Made by a program: the position numbers and the translations under genes
In this document: piece after piece, positions 9,523 to 19,332 of the stretch
Layout: each line of letters starts with the position of its first letter
How positions within the stretch are numbered: the stretch's first letter is position 1
Notes under the pieces: generated by a model
Seen by the model: the letters and a program-made list of their open reading frames with translations, nothing else
What the model was told of the DNA's origin: nothing
Databases searched by the model: none
Origin: Bacteroidota bacterium
GTDB taxonomy: Bacteria; Bacteroidota; Bacteroidia; Bacteroidales; UBA4417
Assembly (NCBI GenBank): GCA_013376995.1
Contig: JACAAZ010000001.1
Location: 294,957-358,956, forward strand
Length of the DNA: 64,000 nucleotides
Reading direction: 5' to 3'

Positions 9523-11178
9523 TCAACTCACCATTAATTCCTTTGCAGCAGCCCGGGCAGAGTCGGTTATTGTCTCATCACTCAGCATACGGGCTATTTC
9601 ATTTATTCTCTCGTCTTCGTTAAGGACTCGCAAAGTGGAAGTAGTATTGATCTCACCATCTTCCTTGAATGCAAGGACGTGTTCGTGTGATTTGCCTGCG
9701 ATCTGTGGGAGATGAGTAATAGCTATCACCTGCATGGTAGCTGACATTTTACGCATGATATTTCCAATTTTCCCTGCTATTTCGCCGGAAACGCCGCTGT
9801 CTATTTCATCAAACAATATGGTTGGCAGGAGACTCCGGCTAACAACCAGGGATTTTATACCCAACATCAGCCTTGATAATTCTCCTCCTGAGGCTACCTT
9901 TTGTATTTCACGTAGTTCTCCGCCTTTATTGGCGCTGAATAAGAAAGAAACCTTATCGGTTCCTGAGACCGAGAACGTAATTGTTGAGTCTGTTTTTATA
10001 ATAAATTTAGCTGAAGGCATACCGAGATCGGCCAGTAAAGCTTCCATTTCCTTTTCTATTCCCGGGGAAACCTGTTTTCTTTTTTTGGAAAGTACTGAAG
10101 ATGAGGATAACAGCTTATTATCAAGCAGCTCCAACTGCTGGTTCAAGTGTTCGATTTTGTCGGTGAGAGAATTAATATCATATATCTTTCCTGCAAGCTC
10201 CTCACGTAATTGAATCAGTTCCAGAACAGTACCAAGCTTATGCTTTTGCTGAAGGTGGTAAATCAAATCGAGGCGTTGGGTAAGAAACTGAACACGTTCA
10301 GGATCATGGTGTACATGGTCTATCAGTTGCCTGAATTCAGCTGAAATTTCTTTGAGTTCAATATAAGTTCCTTCAATCCTGGAAGAAACGGATTCCAGTT
10401 GGGAACTGTAGCGCGAAGCCTGGATAATGGCCTGACGAGTTTCGGTTAAGCCGGAGAGAATATTTTGATCCGAATCAGCCAGCAATTGCAAGGCAACAAA
10501 CAACTTTGACTTTATTTCCTCGGCATGAGTCAGTAATTCCAGTTCTGATTCAAATTCCTCCAGTTCATTTTCAACCAGGTTAGCAGATAGTAGTTCATTA
10601 AGTTGAAACTCGTAGTATTCTTTATCCGCATTAGCTTTCTTTTCTTTTTCAATTGCAATTGCGAGTTCAGCTTTGACTGATTTGTATTCATTGAAGAACC
10701 CGGCATACTCAATCAGTTCCCTGGCATTACCGGCATAGGAATCAATCATTGCCAGCTGAAAGCCTGCATCATTCAATTCGAGTGTTTGGTTCTGGGAATG
10801 AATATCTACCAGCCTATCCCCTACCTCTTTTAACACATTCAGGTTTACCGGTGTGTCATTGATAAATGCCCTGGATTTCCCTTGCGGATTTATTTCCCGG
10901 CGAAAAGTTGAAATCTTCTCGAAGTCAAGGTCGTTCTGCGTAAAAAAGGCCTCCAACCCATATCCTTCCAGTTGGAAAGATCCTTCTACTATACATTTTT
11001 TACTTTTATCCATCAAAACCTGGGAATCAGCTCTTTGCCCAAGTATAAGGCCTAATGCTCCTACAAGAATGGACTTACCCGCACCTGTTTCACCCGTAAT
11101 GCAGGTAAAGCCAGAATGAAAGCCAAGATCAAGATTCTGGATGAGAATGAAATTCCTTATCGAAAGGTTTAAAAGCAT
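9523..11178 (-). CDS. recN: DNA repair protein RecN
   Basis: 551 aa. Walker A GETGAGKS at the N-terminus, a long central coiled coil, and a C-terminal SMC signature ASGGELSRLML with Walker B ILFDEIDSG. Confidence 0.9.
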   Translation of the reverse strand: MLLNLSIRNFILIQNLDLGFHSGFTCITGETGAGKSILVGALGLILGQRADSQVLMDKSKKCIVEGSFQLEGYGLEAFFTQNDLDFEKISTFRREINPQGKSRAFINDTPVNLNVLKEVGDRLVDIHSQNQTLELNDAGFQLAMIDSYAGNARELIEYAGFFNEYKSVKAELAIAIEKEKKANADKEYYEFQLNELLSANLVENELEEFESELELLTHAEEIKSKLFVALQLLADSDQNILSGLTETRQAIIQASRYSSQLESVSSRIEGTYIELKEISAEFRQLIDHVHHDPERVQFLTQRLDLIYHLQQKHKLGTVLELIQLREELAGKIYDINSLTDKIEHLNQQLELLDNKLLSSSSVLSKKRKQVSPGIEKEMEALLADLGMPSAKFIIKTDSTITFSVSGTDKVSFLFSANKGGELREIQKVASGGELSRLMLGIKSLVVSRSLLPTILFDEIDSGVSGEIAGKIGNIMRKMSATMQVIAITHLPQIAGKSHEHVLAFKEDGEINTTSTLRVLNEDERINEIARMLSDETITDSARAAAKELMVS

Positions 11179-11320
11179 CCCTTATGTTTGAATGTAAGCA
11201 AATATAGGAAATAGCCCTGAATGATCAATAACCAAACTGTTGGTGCAATGTTGGGAAGAGCGATACGAAAACCATCATCCGGCAAGACCCAGCATTTCAG
11301 AATTTATAATTCCAGGAAAA

Positions 11321-12247
11321 TTATTTACCTCCTGTTGCCTGCTGAATTTGCGAATACCGGGATGAATTGGCAGGATCAAGTTCTTTCAGGATATTGATTG
11401 CCTTAGTCTTATCCATTGGAGAAGCATCAGAATAAACATTAACCAACTCATCACGTTTTGCATCCATCATCAACTGGAGGACAAAAAGACCAGGCTTTTC
11501 ACGATTTGCACGCTGAAAATTTTCCAGGCAATCATTGATGGCAGAACGGCCCATTTCAATGTTATCTGTCATCATATCGAGGCCAAGCCTGTGATATTCA
11601 TAAACTCCTTCCCGCAATGGGCTATAAGCACTATTTAATAAATTCTCAACCAGCCAGTACCTGTTTTTCAGGCTTTCGAAGGCTTTCCATCCTTTTTCCG
11701 GGGCATTCTGCGCAGCATTTACAATAGTCCTTGCTTTTTCAAAATAGAGTGTCCCTCCCATTTTTGAAAACGAATCAGCATCTAAACCCAATAAAACATA
11801 AACATAATAAGCAATTACCGAGGTCAGATTTGAGGTATAGGTATCCTCGTTGAAATTGAGTGGCTCAAATTCAACGTACTTAAAATCAAAATCCTTATCG
11901 ATATAATTAAATAAAGTTGTGCTGTATGAGGTTTTATAGACGGGCCGTTTCAGTACGAGGCTGATTTTTGATTTGAACTGATCAGAAGATATCCTCTCAG
12001 TGATGTTGATCATCATTGAACATTCAATTCTCTCTTCAGGACGATAGATGTAATTTGTCCACTTTTTATTATTGATAAATTCATATATAGCCTGCTGCAG
12101 GGTCTGGAATACCTTTCGTTCCGAGCCTTCCACCTGGGGAGCATTTACCTGGACCTGGCAATTGAACTCCTGGCCGCTTACAAAAGCAGGTAAAAGAAGA
12201 ATTATATAGGGTAACAGTCGTCGAAGCATCTGATAGGATCTAATCAA
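11321..12247 (-). CDS. DUF4835 family protein (annotated in some databases as T9SS-associated PorD)
   Basis: Signal peptide followed by the QEFNCQVQVNAPQVEGSERKVFQTLQQAIYEFINNKKWTN pattern typical of DUF4835. It occupies the conserved position between coaBC and recN. The PorD naming is from memory and is not verified here. Confidence 0.7.
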   Translation of the reverse strand: MIRSYQMLRRLLPYIILLLPAFVSGQEFNCQVQVNAPQVEGSERKVFQTLQQAIYEFINNKKWTNYIYRPEERIECSMMINITERISSDQFKSKISLVLKRPVYKTSYSTTLFNYIDKDFDFKYVEFEPLNFNEDTYTSNLTSVIAYYVYVLLGLDADSFSKMGGTLYFEKARTIVNAAQNAPEKGWKAFESLKNRYWLVENLLNSAYSPLREGVYEYHRLGLDMMTDNIEMGRSAINDCLENFQRANREKPGLFVLQLMMDAKRDELVNVYSDASPMDKTKAINILKELDPANSSRYSQIQQATGGK

Positions 12248-13439
12248 TTAAATTAGTGGCAAAATCAAGAATATCAACAGCCACTTCTGATTTTGGTTTC
12301 AGCTTATATGGGAAAACCTCACCATTCCGGCTAATAATGCTAACCTGGTTTGTAGGAGTAGAAAATCCGGCACCAGGTGTTTGGAGTGAATTAAGGACTA
12401 TAAAGTCAAGATTCTTTTTTTCCAGCTTTTGTTTTGCGCTTTCGATTTCATTGTTTGTTTCCAGGGCAAAACCAATTAAAACCTGTTTTTTCCTTTTCTT
12501 CGCGCCAAGTTCTGCAAGGATATCAACTGATTTCTTCAATTGAAGCATCAGCTTATCTTCCGATTTATGTATTTTTTGATTTTGGGGATCTATTGGCACA
12601 TAATCAGCAACGGCAGCAGCCATGATGCACATTTCTGCATCAGTAAAATTCTCCAGGCAGGCAGAATGCATTTCTGCAGCTGTTGTTACTTTTACCAACC
12701 TGATGTTCGGATGAACCGGTAAAGAGGACACGGGGCCACTCACAAGCGTGACATCTGCCCCTCGGCTGGCTGCTTCAATGGCAAGAGCATTTCCCATCAA
12801 TCCACTCGAATAATTGCTAATAAACCTTACAGGGTCGATTGGTTCTATGGTGGGACCACTAGAGATCAGGATTTTTTTTCCTTTGAGAGCTAAAGCTTTC
12901 GAAAAAAAAGCTTTTAAAATTGATACTATGTTTTCGGGTTCTTCCATCCTGCCATATCCAAGAAGGCCTGAAGCTAGTTCACCTTCAGTCGGAGCAATCA
13001 GGATATTGCCGTATGATTGGAGCCTTTGAATATTGCTTTGGGTTGATGGATGCTCAAACATATCAACATCCATTGCCGGGGCAAAGAAAATAGGGCAACG
13101 AGCAGCCAGATATGTGGCCATCAGAAGATTATCTGTAATCCCTGTTGACATTTTGGCAAGCGTATTGGCGGAAAGCGGGGCTATGACAAACACATCTGCC
13201 CAGCTTCCCAATTCAATATGGCTATGCCATTTCCCATCAGATTCATTGAAAGGCTTGATGGATACAGGATTTTGTGAAAGAGCTGAAAGTGTCAGGGGGG
13301 TAACAAAATCGCATGCAGACTGGCTCATGACGATCCTGACTTCTGCGTTTTCCCTGATGAGCAGGCGGACCAGAAAAGGTATCTTGTAGGCAGCAATGCT
13401 ACCGGTAATTCCAATCAATACCTTTTTGCCGCTAAGCAT
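12240..13439 (-). CDS. coaBC: Bifunctional phosphopantothenoylcysteine decarboxylase / phosphopantothenate-cysteine ligase
   Basis: 399 aa with an N-terminal flavoprotein domain (ITGSIAAYK) and a C-terminal DFP/CoaB domain (ISNYSSGLMG, AAVADY). It overlaps the next gene by 8 nt. Confidence 0.9.
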   Translation of the reverse strand: MLSGKKVLIGITGSIAAYKIPFLVRLLIRENAEVRIVMSQSACDFVTPLTLSALSQNPVSIKPFNESDGKWHSHIELGSWADVFVIAPLSANTLAKMSTGITDNLLMATYLAARCPIFFAPAMDVDMFEHPSTQSNIQRLQSYGNILIAPTEGELASGLLGYGRMEEPENIVSILKAFFSKALALKGKKILISSGPTIEPIDPVRFISNYSSGLMGNALAIEAASRGADVTLVSGPVSSLPVHPNIRLVKVTTAAEMHSACLENFTDAEMCIMAAAVADYVPIDPQNQKIHKSEDKLMLQLKKSVDILAELGAKKRKKQVLIGFALETNNEIESAKQKLEKKNLDFIVLNSLQTPGAGFSTPTNQVSIISRNGEVFPYKLKPKSEVAVDILDFATNLID

Positions 13440-13457
13440 GGATAAGGAGATATGAGA

Positions 13458-13793
13458 TTAAAAATCAGTAGCGTTATCCTTGATCGGATTCCGGTGAAAT
13501 ATTTGGTTGTTCAGGAATTCATTTGTTGCAATCAAAGTAGGTTTTGGAAGATGTTCATAGAACTTTGCCAGTTCAATCTGCTCCCTGTTTTCAAAAACTT
13601 CTTCAAGATTATCACTGGGAGTAGCAAATTCTTCAATCTTGCCATTCAATTCTTCTTTGATTTCCTGAGCAATCTGGTTAGCTCTTTTTGCGAGAATTGC
13701 TACCGATTCATAAATATTTTCGGTAGGAGCATTTAATTCGCGCATATTTCTGGTGATAGTGGTGGTTTCGATTTTCAGCTTTTTGTAATCCAT
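13458..13793 (-). CDS. rpoZ: DNA-directed RNA polymerase subunit omega (Bacteroidota long form)
   Basis: 111 aa. ENIYESVAILAKRANQI matches the RpoZ core helix. It holds the conserved bamD-rpoZ-coaBC position. Confidence 0.7.
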   Translation of the reverse strand: MDYKKLKIETTTITRNMRELNAPTENIYESVAILAKRANQIAQEIKEELNGKIEEFATPSDNLEEVFENREQIELAKFYEHLPKPTLIATNEFLNNQIFHRNPIKDNATDF

Positions 13794-13814
13794 GATTTAT
13801 ATTGAGGTTTGTGA

Positions 13815-14609
13815 TTACTGATTTGTTTCTTTCAAAAGGTTCTTTTGTATAGTTGAAGACTGGGTAGCATATTCACCTGAAGGATACTCAGAATTTATTA
13901 TGCGGTATGCATCCATTGCGCTTTCAATTCTTTCTTTTTTCTTTTCAGGGATACTGTTGATTGCATATTTATATTTTGCATCCAGTAATGAGAAAAGCAC
14001 CTTTTCTCTTTCCTTGGTATCCGGATATTCTTTCAGAAGATTTGTAAGACAGATAATAGATGCCTTGTAATCATCCATTCTATAATACAGCATGGCAATA
14101 TTAAATGCCTTCTTTTCAAGTTTAGCCCTAAGTTCGTCAATCAATTGATTACACTGATCAACCCTCTGACTGTTTGGGTACTGATTGATAAACAATTGGA
14201 GTGACGAGATGGCCGAAAGTGTATTTGTCTGATCCAGGCTGAAATTAGGAGAATCCAGGTAACTGCAATAAGCCCCCATGAATGAGCATTCTTCACTGAA
14301 TGGACTGGAGGGGAAAGTATTTACAAAATTGTTAAAATAATATCCACCCAGGATGTAATCCTTTTGCTTGTAGTAGCAATAGGCATTATAATAGGAAATT
14401 TTTTCAGCTTTATCAGTACCCCTGTAAAACACAAGGATCTGATCAAACAATTGCTGAGCCCTGTAATACTCACCTTTATCATAATACTCGATCGACTTGT
14501 TATATTTCAAGTCATTATCGGTACTCTTAAGTAGCTTTTGATATTTGCTGCATGATGACAATATCAATGCAGTGATGAGTAAGCAAAATAGAGAAAGCCT
14601 TTTTACCAT
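13815..14609 (-). CDS. bamD: Outer membrane protein assembly factor BamD (TPR lipoprotein)
   Basis: The lipobox LSSC follows MVKRLSLFCLLITALI, and TPR-like repeats run throughout. The start is moved from the TTG at 14624 to the ATG at 14609. Confidence 0.8.
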   Translation of the reverse strand: MVKRLSLFCLLITALILSSCSKYQKLLKSTDNDLKYNKSIEYYDKGEYYRAQQLFDQILVFYRGTDKAEKISYYNAYCYYKQKDYILGGYYFNNFVNTFPSSPFSEECSFMGAYCSYLDSPNFSLDQTNTLSAISSLQLFINQYPNSQRVDQCNQLIDELRAKLEKKAFNIAMLYYRMDDYKASIICLTNLLKEYPDTKEREKVLFSLLDAKYKYAINSIPEKKKERIESAMDAYRIINSEYPSGEYATQSSTIQKNLLKETNQ

Positions 14610-14698
14610 GGTGCAAAAGTACAAAAATCAATGAAATAAATTAACGCAAATATTCCCACCTTATTGTCATACTTTTCAGACCAAAAAACAATGTAGGA

Positions 14699-16042
14699 TC
14701 AAGTAGTCCTAACGGCCGAATAAGCCTCCAGGCAGCGGTTCCGGGCAAGATTGTGATCAACTATCGGTTTCGGATATTTTGATGTATTGAATTCAGGTAT
14801 CCACCTTTTGACATATAGGTTATCAGGATCAAATTTATCAGCCTGGGCCCGTGGATTAAATATCCTGAAATAAGGTGCAGCATCACATCCGCATCCCGCT
14901 GACCATTGCCAGTTACCGTTATTGGATGCAAGTTCAAAATCCAATAGCTTTTGTGCAAACCAGGATTCTCCCCATCGCCAGTCAATTAGTAAATGCTTGG
15001 TAAGAAAACTAGCCGTTACCATCCTAACCCTGTTATGCATAACGCCCGTCTGCAATAACTCCCTCATACCGGCATCAACCAGGGGATAACCGGTTTCACC
15101 GAAGCACCATTTCTGAAAATCACCTTCATCATTTCGCCATAGAATTCTTTCGTATTGAGCTTTGAAAGGTTTATTTACCACATAAGGGTAATGCCAAAGA
15201 ATCTGCATAAAGAATTCCCTCCATTGCAGTTCACCTAACCAGGTGCTGTTTAGCCTAAAAGTCCTGCTAACCAAATGCCTTATACTTATTGTCCCAAATC
15301 GCAGGTGAACCCCCAGATGGCTTGTTCCGATTGCAGGAAAATTACGTGTCTGATCATACCTGGCAATTAACTCTTCATTAATAATAGGGGCTTTGAACAC
15401 TCCCTTAACTTCCTTGAAACCAACGAAATCTAAAGTAAACGTAGTCTTGGCTGATCCTTTCAGAAAAATATCCCTATTGGAAGTTAAAGATGAATTCTCA
15501 TCACTCAATGAAGGCTCAAACATTGATTTCCATTTTGAGCTGTATGGGGTAAAAACAGTGTATGGAGTTCCATCATTCTTTACAATGTCTTCTTTTTCAA
15601 AAATGACCTGGTCTTTGCAGGTTATGAATTCTATTCCCTTTCTTAAAAGCAAATCTCTTATGCTGCAATCCCTCTTTTGGGCATAAGGCTCATAATCATG
15701 GTTTGTGAAAACTGCTTTCACCGAATATAAGTCTGTTAACCGTTCTATTACATCTGCCGGGTTTCCTGCGTATTTCCTGATATAAGAACCTTTTTGAGCC
15801 AGATCAATATCCAAATACTTCAAGGCCTGGAATATGAAACTCACCCGTTTGTCATCTTTTTCAAGAGAATCCAATATTTCAGGATCAAATATGAAGATTG
15901 GCAAAATTTGCATTTCCCTGTGAGAGGCAAGTTTCAGTGCCTGATTGTCATAAAGCCGAAGGTCTCTACGAAACCAGTGAATGACAACAGGTTCAGTCAG
16001 AACCTGTAAATTATTTTCGGGATAAGGCAGATTAAGGTTCAT
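14699..16042 (-). CDS. Cryptochrome/photolyase family protein (deoxyribodipyrimidine photolyase-like)
   Basis: 447 aa with an N-terminal photolyase alpha/beta domain (WFRRDLRLYDNQAL) and a C-terminal FAD-binding domain (NGNWQWSAGCG, YFRIFNP). Confidence 0.85.
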   Translation of the reverse strand: MNLNLPYPENNLQVLTEPVVIHWFRRDLRLYDNQALKLASHREMQILPIFIFDPEILDSLEKDDKRVSFIFQALKYLDIDLAQKGSYIRKYAGNPADVIERLTDLYSVKAVFTNHDYEPYAQKRDCSIRDLLLRKGIEFITCKDQVIFEKEDIVKNDGTPYTVFTPYSSKWKSMFEPSLSDENSSLTSNRDIFLKGSAKTTFTLDFVGFKEVKGVFKAPIINEELIARYDQTRNFPAIGTSHLGVHLRFGTISIRHLVSRTFRLNSTWLGELQWREFFMQILWHYPYVVNKPFKAQYERILWRNDEGDFQKWCFGETGYPLVDAGMRELLQTGVMHNRVRMVTASFLTKHLLIDWRWGESWFAQKLLDFELASNNGNWQWSAGCGCDAAPYFRIFNPRAQADKFDPDNLYVKRWIPEFNTSKYPKPIVDHNLARNRCLEAYSAVRTT

Positions 16043-16176
16043 TCAGCATTAAGTGAATTTCAATTGATTAACAGCATCTATTTGAAAATGTTGTAAAGCT
16101 ATCTTGTGCTCACTAAAGAATTGGTTAGTTTTGCACCATCAATTCCCCGATTTAATAATTACTAAATCAATTTGAA

Positions 16177-17427
16177 GTGGATCTTTTTGAAAAGCGAGTA
16201 AAAAATCTTGGTCCTTTAGGTATGTATGCTGAGCGGGCCGACGGCTATTTTATGTTTCCCAAACTGGAAGGCGAAATTAGCAACAAAATGGTTTTCAGGG
16301 GTAAGGAAAGGCTTATCTGGAGTTTGAATAATTATTTGGGCCTGGCAAATCACCCTGAAGTCAGAAAAGTAGATGGTGAAGCTGCCCAGCGCTGGGGACT
16401 GGCATATCCGATGGGCGCTCGTATGATGAGCGGACAAACGGACTACCACGAGCAACTTGAACGCGAACTTGCCAGTTTCGTCAAAAAACCGGCTGCCTAT
16501 CTATTTAATTTTGGATATCAGGGAATGTTGTCCGTAATCGATTCAATGCTCGACAGGAATGATGTAGTTGTTTATGACAGCGAAGCACATGCCTGCATTA
16601 TTGACGGGCTGAGGCTTCATATGGGTAAAAGGTTCGTGTATCCCCATAATAATATTGAAAACCTCAGGAAAGGGCTTGAAAGAGCTACCCGCCTGACCAA
16701 CCAAACAGGTGGCGGGATCATGGTAATTACTGAAGGTGTCTACGGAATGACCGGTGATCTTGGAAAAATTGATGAGATTGTAAAACTGAAAAAAGAATTT
16801 GATTTCCGCCTCCTGATTGATGATGCGCACGGCTTTGGAACAATGGGCCCAACAGGTGCAGGTACTGATGAACATTTCGGAGTTCAGGACCAGGTTGATA
16901 TGTATTTTGGAACATTTGCCAAGGCAATTGCCGGTATCGGTGGTTTTGTTGCCTCAACAGCACCGGTAATTGATTTCCTGAAACATAACATGCGCTCACA
17001 GATATTTGCAAAATCGCTTCCAATGCCAATGGTAATCGGAGCCTTGAAGCGTCTTGAATTAATCCGCACCCAGCCGGAATTAAGAACCAAGCTTTGGACG
17101 ATCGTCGATGCTTTGCAATCAGGGCTTAAAAAAGCCGGATTTGACATTGGCCCATCCGGATCACCGGTTACCCCGGTTATGCTTAACGGTACAATTCCTG
17201 AAGCTACTATGATAACACTTGATCTTAGGGAGAATTACAATATTTTCTGCTCTATTGTTACCTATCCAGTGGTTCCAAAAGGAATTATCCTGATTCGGCT
17301 TATTCCAACAGCTGACCATAATCTCGAAGATGTTGAATATACCATTAACGCCTTCAAGGAAGTGCGCCAAAAGCTTGATGAAGGGAAATATGCTTCAGAG
17401 CAGATTGCAGATATTACAAATTTATAG
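16177..17427 (+). CDS. PLP-dependent alpha-oxoamine synthase family protein (BioF/Kbl/Spt-like acyltransferase)
   Basis: 416 aa with a GTG start. WSLNNYLGLANHPEV, DDAHGFG and FGTFAKA (PLP lysine) are characteristic of the family. The substrate cannot be assigned by eye. Confidence 0.8.
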   Translation: MDLFEKRVKNLGPLGMYAERADGYFMFPKLEGEISNKMVFRGKERLIWSLNNYLGLANHPEVRKVDGEAAQRWGLAYPMGARMMSGQTDYHEQLERELASFVKKPAAYLFNFGYQGMLSVIDSMLDRNDVVVYDSEAHACIIDGLRLHMGKRFVYPHNNIENLRKGLERATRLTNQTGGGIMVITEGVYGMTGDLGKIDEIVKLKKEFDFRLLIDDAHGFGTMGPTGAGTDEHFGVQDQVDMYFGTFAKAIAGIGGFVASTAPVIDFLKHNMRSQIFAKSLPMPMVIGALKRLELIRTQPELRTKLWTIVDALQSGLKKAGFDIGPSGSPVTPVMLNGTIPEATMITLDLRENYNIFCSIVTYPVVPKGIILIRLIPTADHNLEDVEYTINAFKEVRQKLDEGKYASEQIADITNL

Positions 17428-17446
17428 GCTAAACTCAATTATTGAA

Positions 17447-17476
17447 ATGCCTGGTTGTTCGACCAGGCATTTTTGT
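17447..17476 (+). terminator. Rho-independent terminator after the alpha-oxoamine synthase gene
   Basis: Perfect 9-bp stem atgcctggt / accaggcat with a 6-nt loop, followed by ttttt. Confidence 0.75.
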
Positions 17477-17519
17477 GTTTCATTAATTGTTAGTTTTGTG
17501 TGTTATTCAGTTGTTTACA

Positions 17520-18332
17520 ATGTATAAGATCGAAAAGACATCAACCATAATTCTCATTCATTCAACCGTTTTCTATATTCTTTCATATCTAATTATCCTC
17601 ATATTTTTCCAATTAATTACTGCCATCTCCGGACAATTCTTTGATTTGCCTGCTCTTGTCCGGTATAACCGACTGGATTTCCTGGTGACCACGCAAGCCT
17701 GGACATTTGATTCGATCAAACTGATCTTTACTTCAGGTGTGATTACGGCACTGCTGCTTGGCTTGATATGCCTAGTGATCTTTATAAAAGCATCCCGGTT
17801 CGAAGGGCTATTAAAGATCTTCTTTTTCTGGGGATTTGTTCATGGGCTCAATATGTTCATCGGGTCTGTTGTTATTGGTGCGTTTTTTTATGAAGGAATG
17901 GGTTATGTATATGCCTGGATGTATGTTGATGATACATTGAAAATGTTCCTTCTTTTTGGCGGTCTGGTAATTATGCTGGGAATTGGGACATGGATGGTGA
18001 AGCCAATGCTGGTTTCAGCAAACATCTATTACAATACAGGAAGAGCGGAAAACAGGCGTGAATTCAAAAGATATCAGTTCATTTACCCATATATCATTTC
18101 AACTATTATCCTGATTTTATACAGGCTTCCACTGTCACTTTACGAAACGTTTATCCTTATTACTCCCGGGTTTTTCCTTTTGCCCTTACTATCTAGTTTT
18201 CATCAATATACGATTTTCTTTTTCGATGAAAAAGAGCGGAATAACAAGCTGAATATTAAGGTTCTTATATTCACCCTGGTTCTAATGCTGATTTACAGAA
18301 TCATACTGGGATATGGCCTCAGGATTGGCTAA
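17520..18332 (+). CDS. Hypothetical polytopic membrane protein
   Basis: About 7 hydrophobic segments and no recognisable motif. The start is placed at the first ATG (MYKIEK...); the track uses an upstream TTG that overlaps the terminator. Confidence 0.55.
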   Translation: MYKIEKTSTIILIHSTVFYILSYLIILIFFQLITAISGQFFDLPALVRYNRLDFLVTTQAWTFDSIKLIFTSGVITALLLGLICLVIFIKASRFEGLLKIFFFWGFVHGLNMFIGSVVIGAFFYEGMGYVYAWMYVDDTLKMFLLFGGLVIMLGIGTWMVKPMLVSANIYYNTGRAENRREFKRYQFIYPYIISTIILILYRLPLSLYETFILITPGFFLLPLLSSFHQYTIFFFDEKERNNKLNIKVLIFTLVLMLIYRIILGYGLRIG

Positions 18333-18353
18333 AAAGAAAGGGATATAAGAATT

Positions 18354-18674
18354 TTAAAATACAGGCATGGATCTGTCAATGTCGTTAGCCCATTGGTAAA
18401 GTCCCCCCTCGAGGATAAATACATTTTTAAATTTTGCTTTTTCGCGTAAGTAAAGGAAAGGCGCTTCACTTTTAACGCCATACAGGCAGTAAATCACAAT
18501 TGGGATATCCCGGGAGATGGAGTCCACGCGTTCGGGAAGATCAATCTGGGGAATATTAATAGCGCCGTCAATATGACATTCTTCAAATTTGATAGGGTCC
18601 CGTGTATCAATAATTTGAATTTGCTCCCCATTATCAAGCTTTTCTTTCAATTCAGAAGGCGTAAGATATCTCAT
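18354..18674 (-). CDS. Rhodanese-like domain protein
   Basis: MRYLTPSELKEKLDNGEQIQIIDTRDP...CLYGVKS shows the rhodanese fold with an active-site Cys loop. The 32-codon N-terminal extension in the track overlaps the upstream terminator hairpin, so the ATG at 18674 is used. Confidence 0.75.
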   Translation of the reverse strand: MRYLTPSELKEKLDNGEQIQIIDTRDPIKFEECHIDGAINIPQIDLPERVDSISRDIPIVIYCLYGVKSEAPFLYLREKAKFKNVFILEGGLYQWANDIDRSMPVF

Positions 18675-18736
18675 AAGAGCATTTTCAGAGTAAAGGTCAA
18701 TAGGACTTCTACAAAAATAGTGAAATATAGAAATAA

Positions 18737-18766
18737 AAAAAGGAGCACGAATGCTCCTTTTTTTAT
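18737..18766 (-). terminator. Rho-independent terminator of the small lipoprotein gene
   Basis: Stem aggagca / tgctcct with loop cgaa, flanked by A- and T-runs on both sides. Confidence 0.7.
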
Positions 18767-18781
18767 TCATAAGGGTAAACC

Positions 18782-19021
18782 TTATTTCTTGATGAGCTTC
18801 TTAGCTATAGAATCTTCATGAGCAACTTTTGCAGCTGAATCAGCAGCAATCTTTGCAAGAGAATCCATCTTAGCTTGTTGAGCAGCCTGAACTTGTGCCA
18901 GTGAATCAGCCATTGCGGTTGAATCTGCTATTTCTTTAGCTCTTTTTTCCTGTGCGCTAGGGCCGCAAGCTACAACTGCAACCATTCCAGCAACGAGTAA
19001 TAATGCAAATAATTTTTTCAT
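18782..19021 (-). CDS. Small Ala/Lys-rich lipoprotein (79 aa), function unknown
   Basis: Signal peptide with the lipobox VVAC. The mature part is a low-complexity amphipathic helix with an ADS/AK periodicity. The gene has its own -7 box and terminator. Confidence 0.6.
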   Translation of the reverse strand: MKKLFALLLVAGMVAVVACGPSAQEKRAKEIADSTAMADSLAQVQAAQQAKMDSLAKIAADSAAKVAHEDSIAKKLIKK

Positions 19022-19046
19022 GACGCGGTTTAATTAAAAAACGCTG

Positions 19047-19054
19047 CAAAAGTA
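19047..19054 (-). promoter_or_regulatory. Candidate -7 box (TACTTTTG on the minus strand) for the small lipoprotein gene
   Basis: The plus strand reads caaaagta, 26-33 nt upstream of the ATG at 19021. Confidence 0.35.
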
Positions 19055-19290
19055 CTGCTATTTTAGTTGCGAAAATCAATATTCTGTAAAAAAATGCATA
19101 ATATTTTTTTTTCAATTATATTTATTTGATATATAGATAATTAACATTTCCATTGTTGATATCTTTTTTCGCATTGAAATGATTTCTTCACCCTTTTCCA
19201 AGCATATAGAGCGATTTTTAATATCAATATGGCATAGTTTATAAGCTCAGCTCATCAACTTTTTATTCGTTCCCATCAGACAGAAAAATG

Positions 19291-19298
19291 TAAATTTG
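19291..19298 (+). promoter_or_regulatory. Candidate -7 box (TAAATTTG) for rarA
   Basis: TAnnTTTG match 35 nt upstream of the rarA start. Confidence 0.35.
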
Positions 19299-19332
19299 CC
19301 ATATTACTTTAATACCCTTATCCTCATAATAA

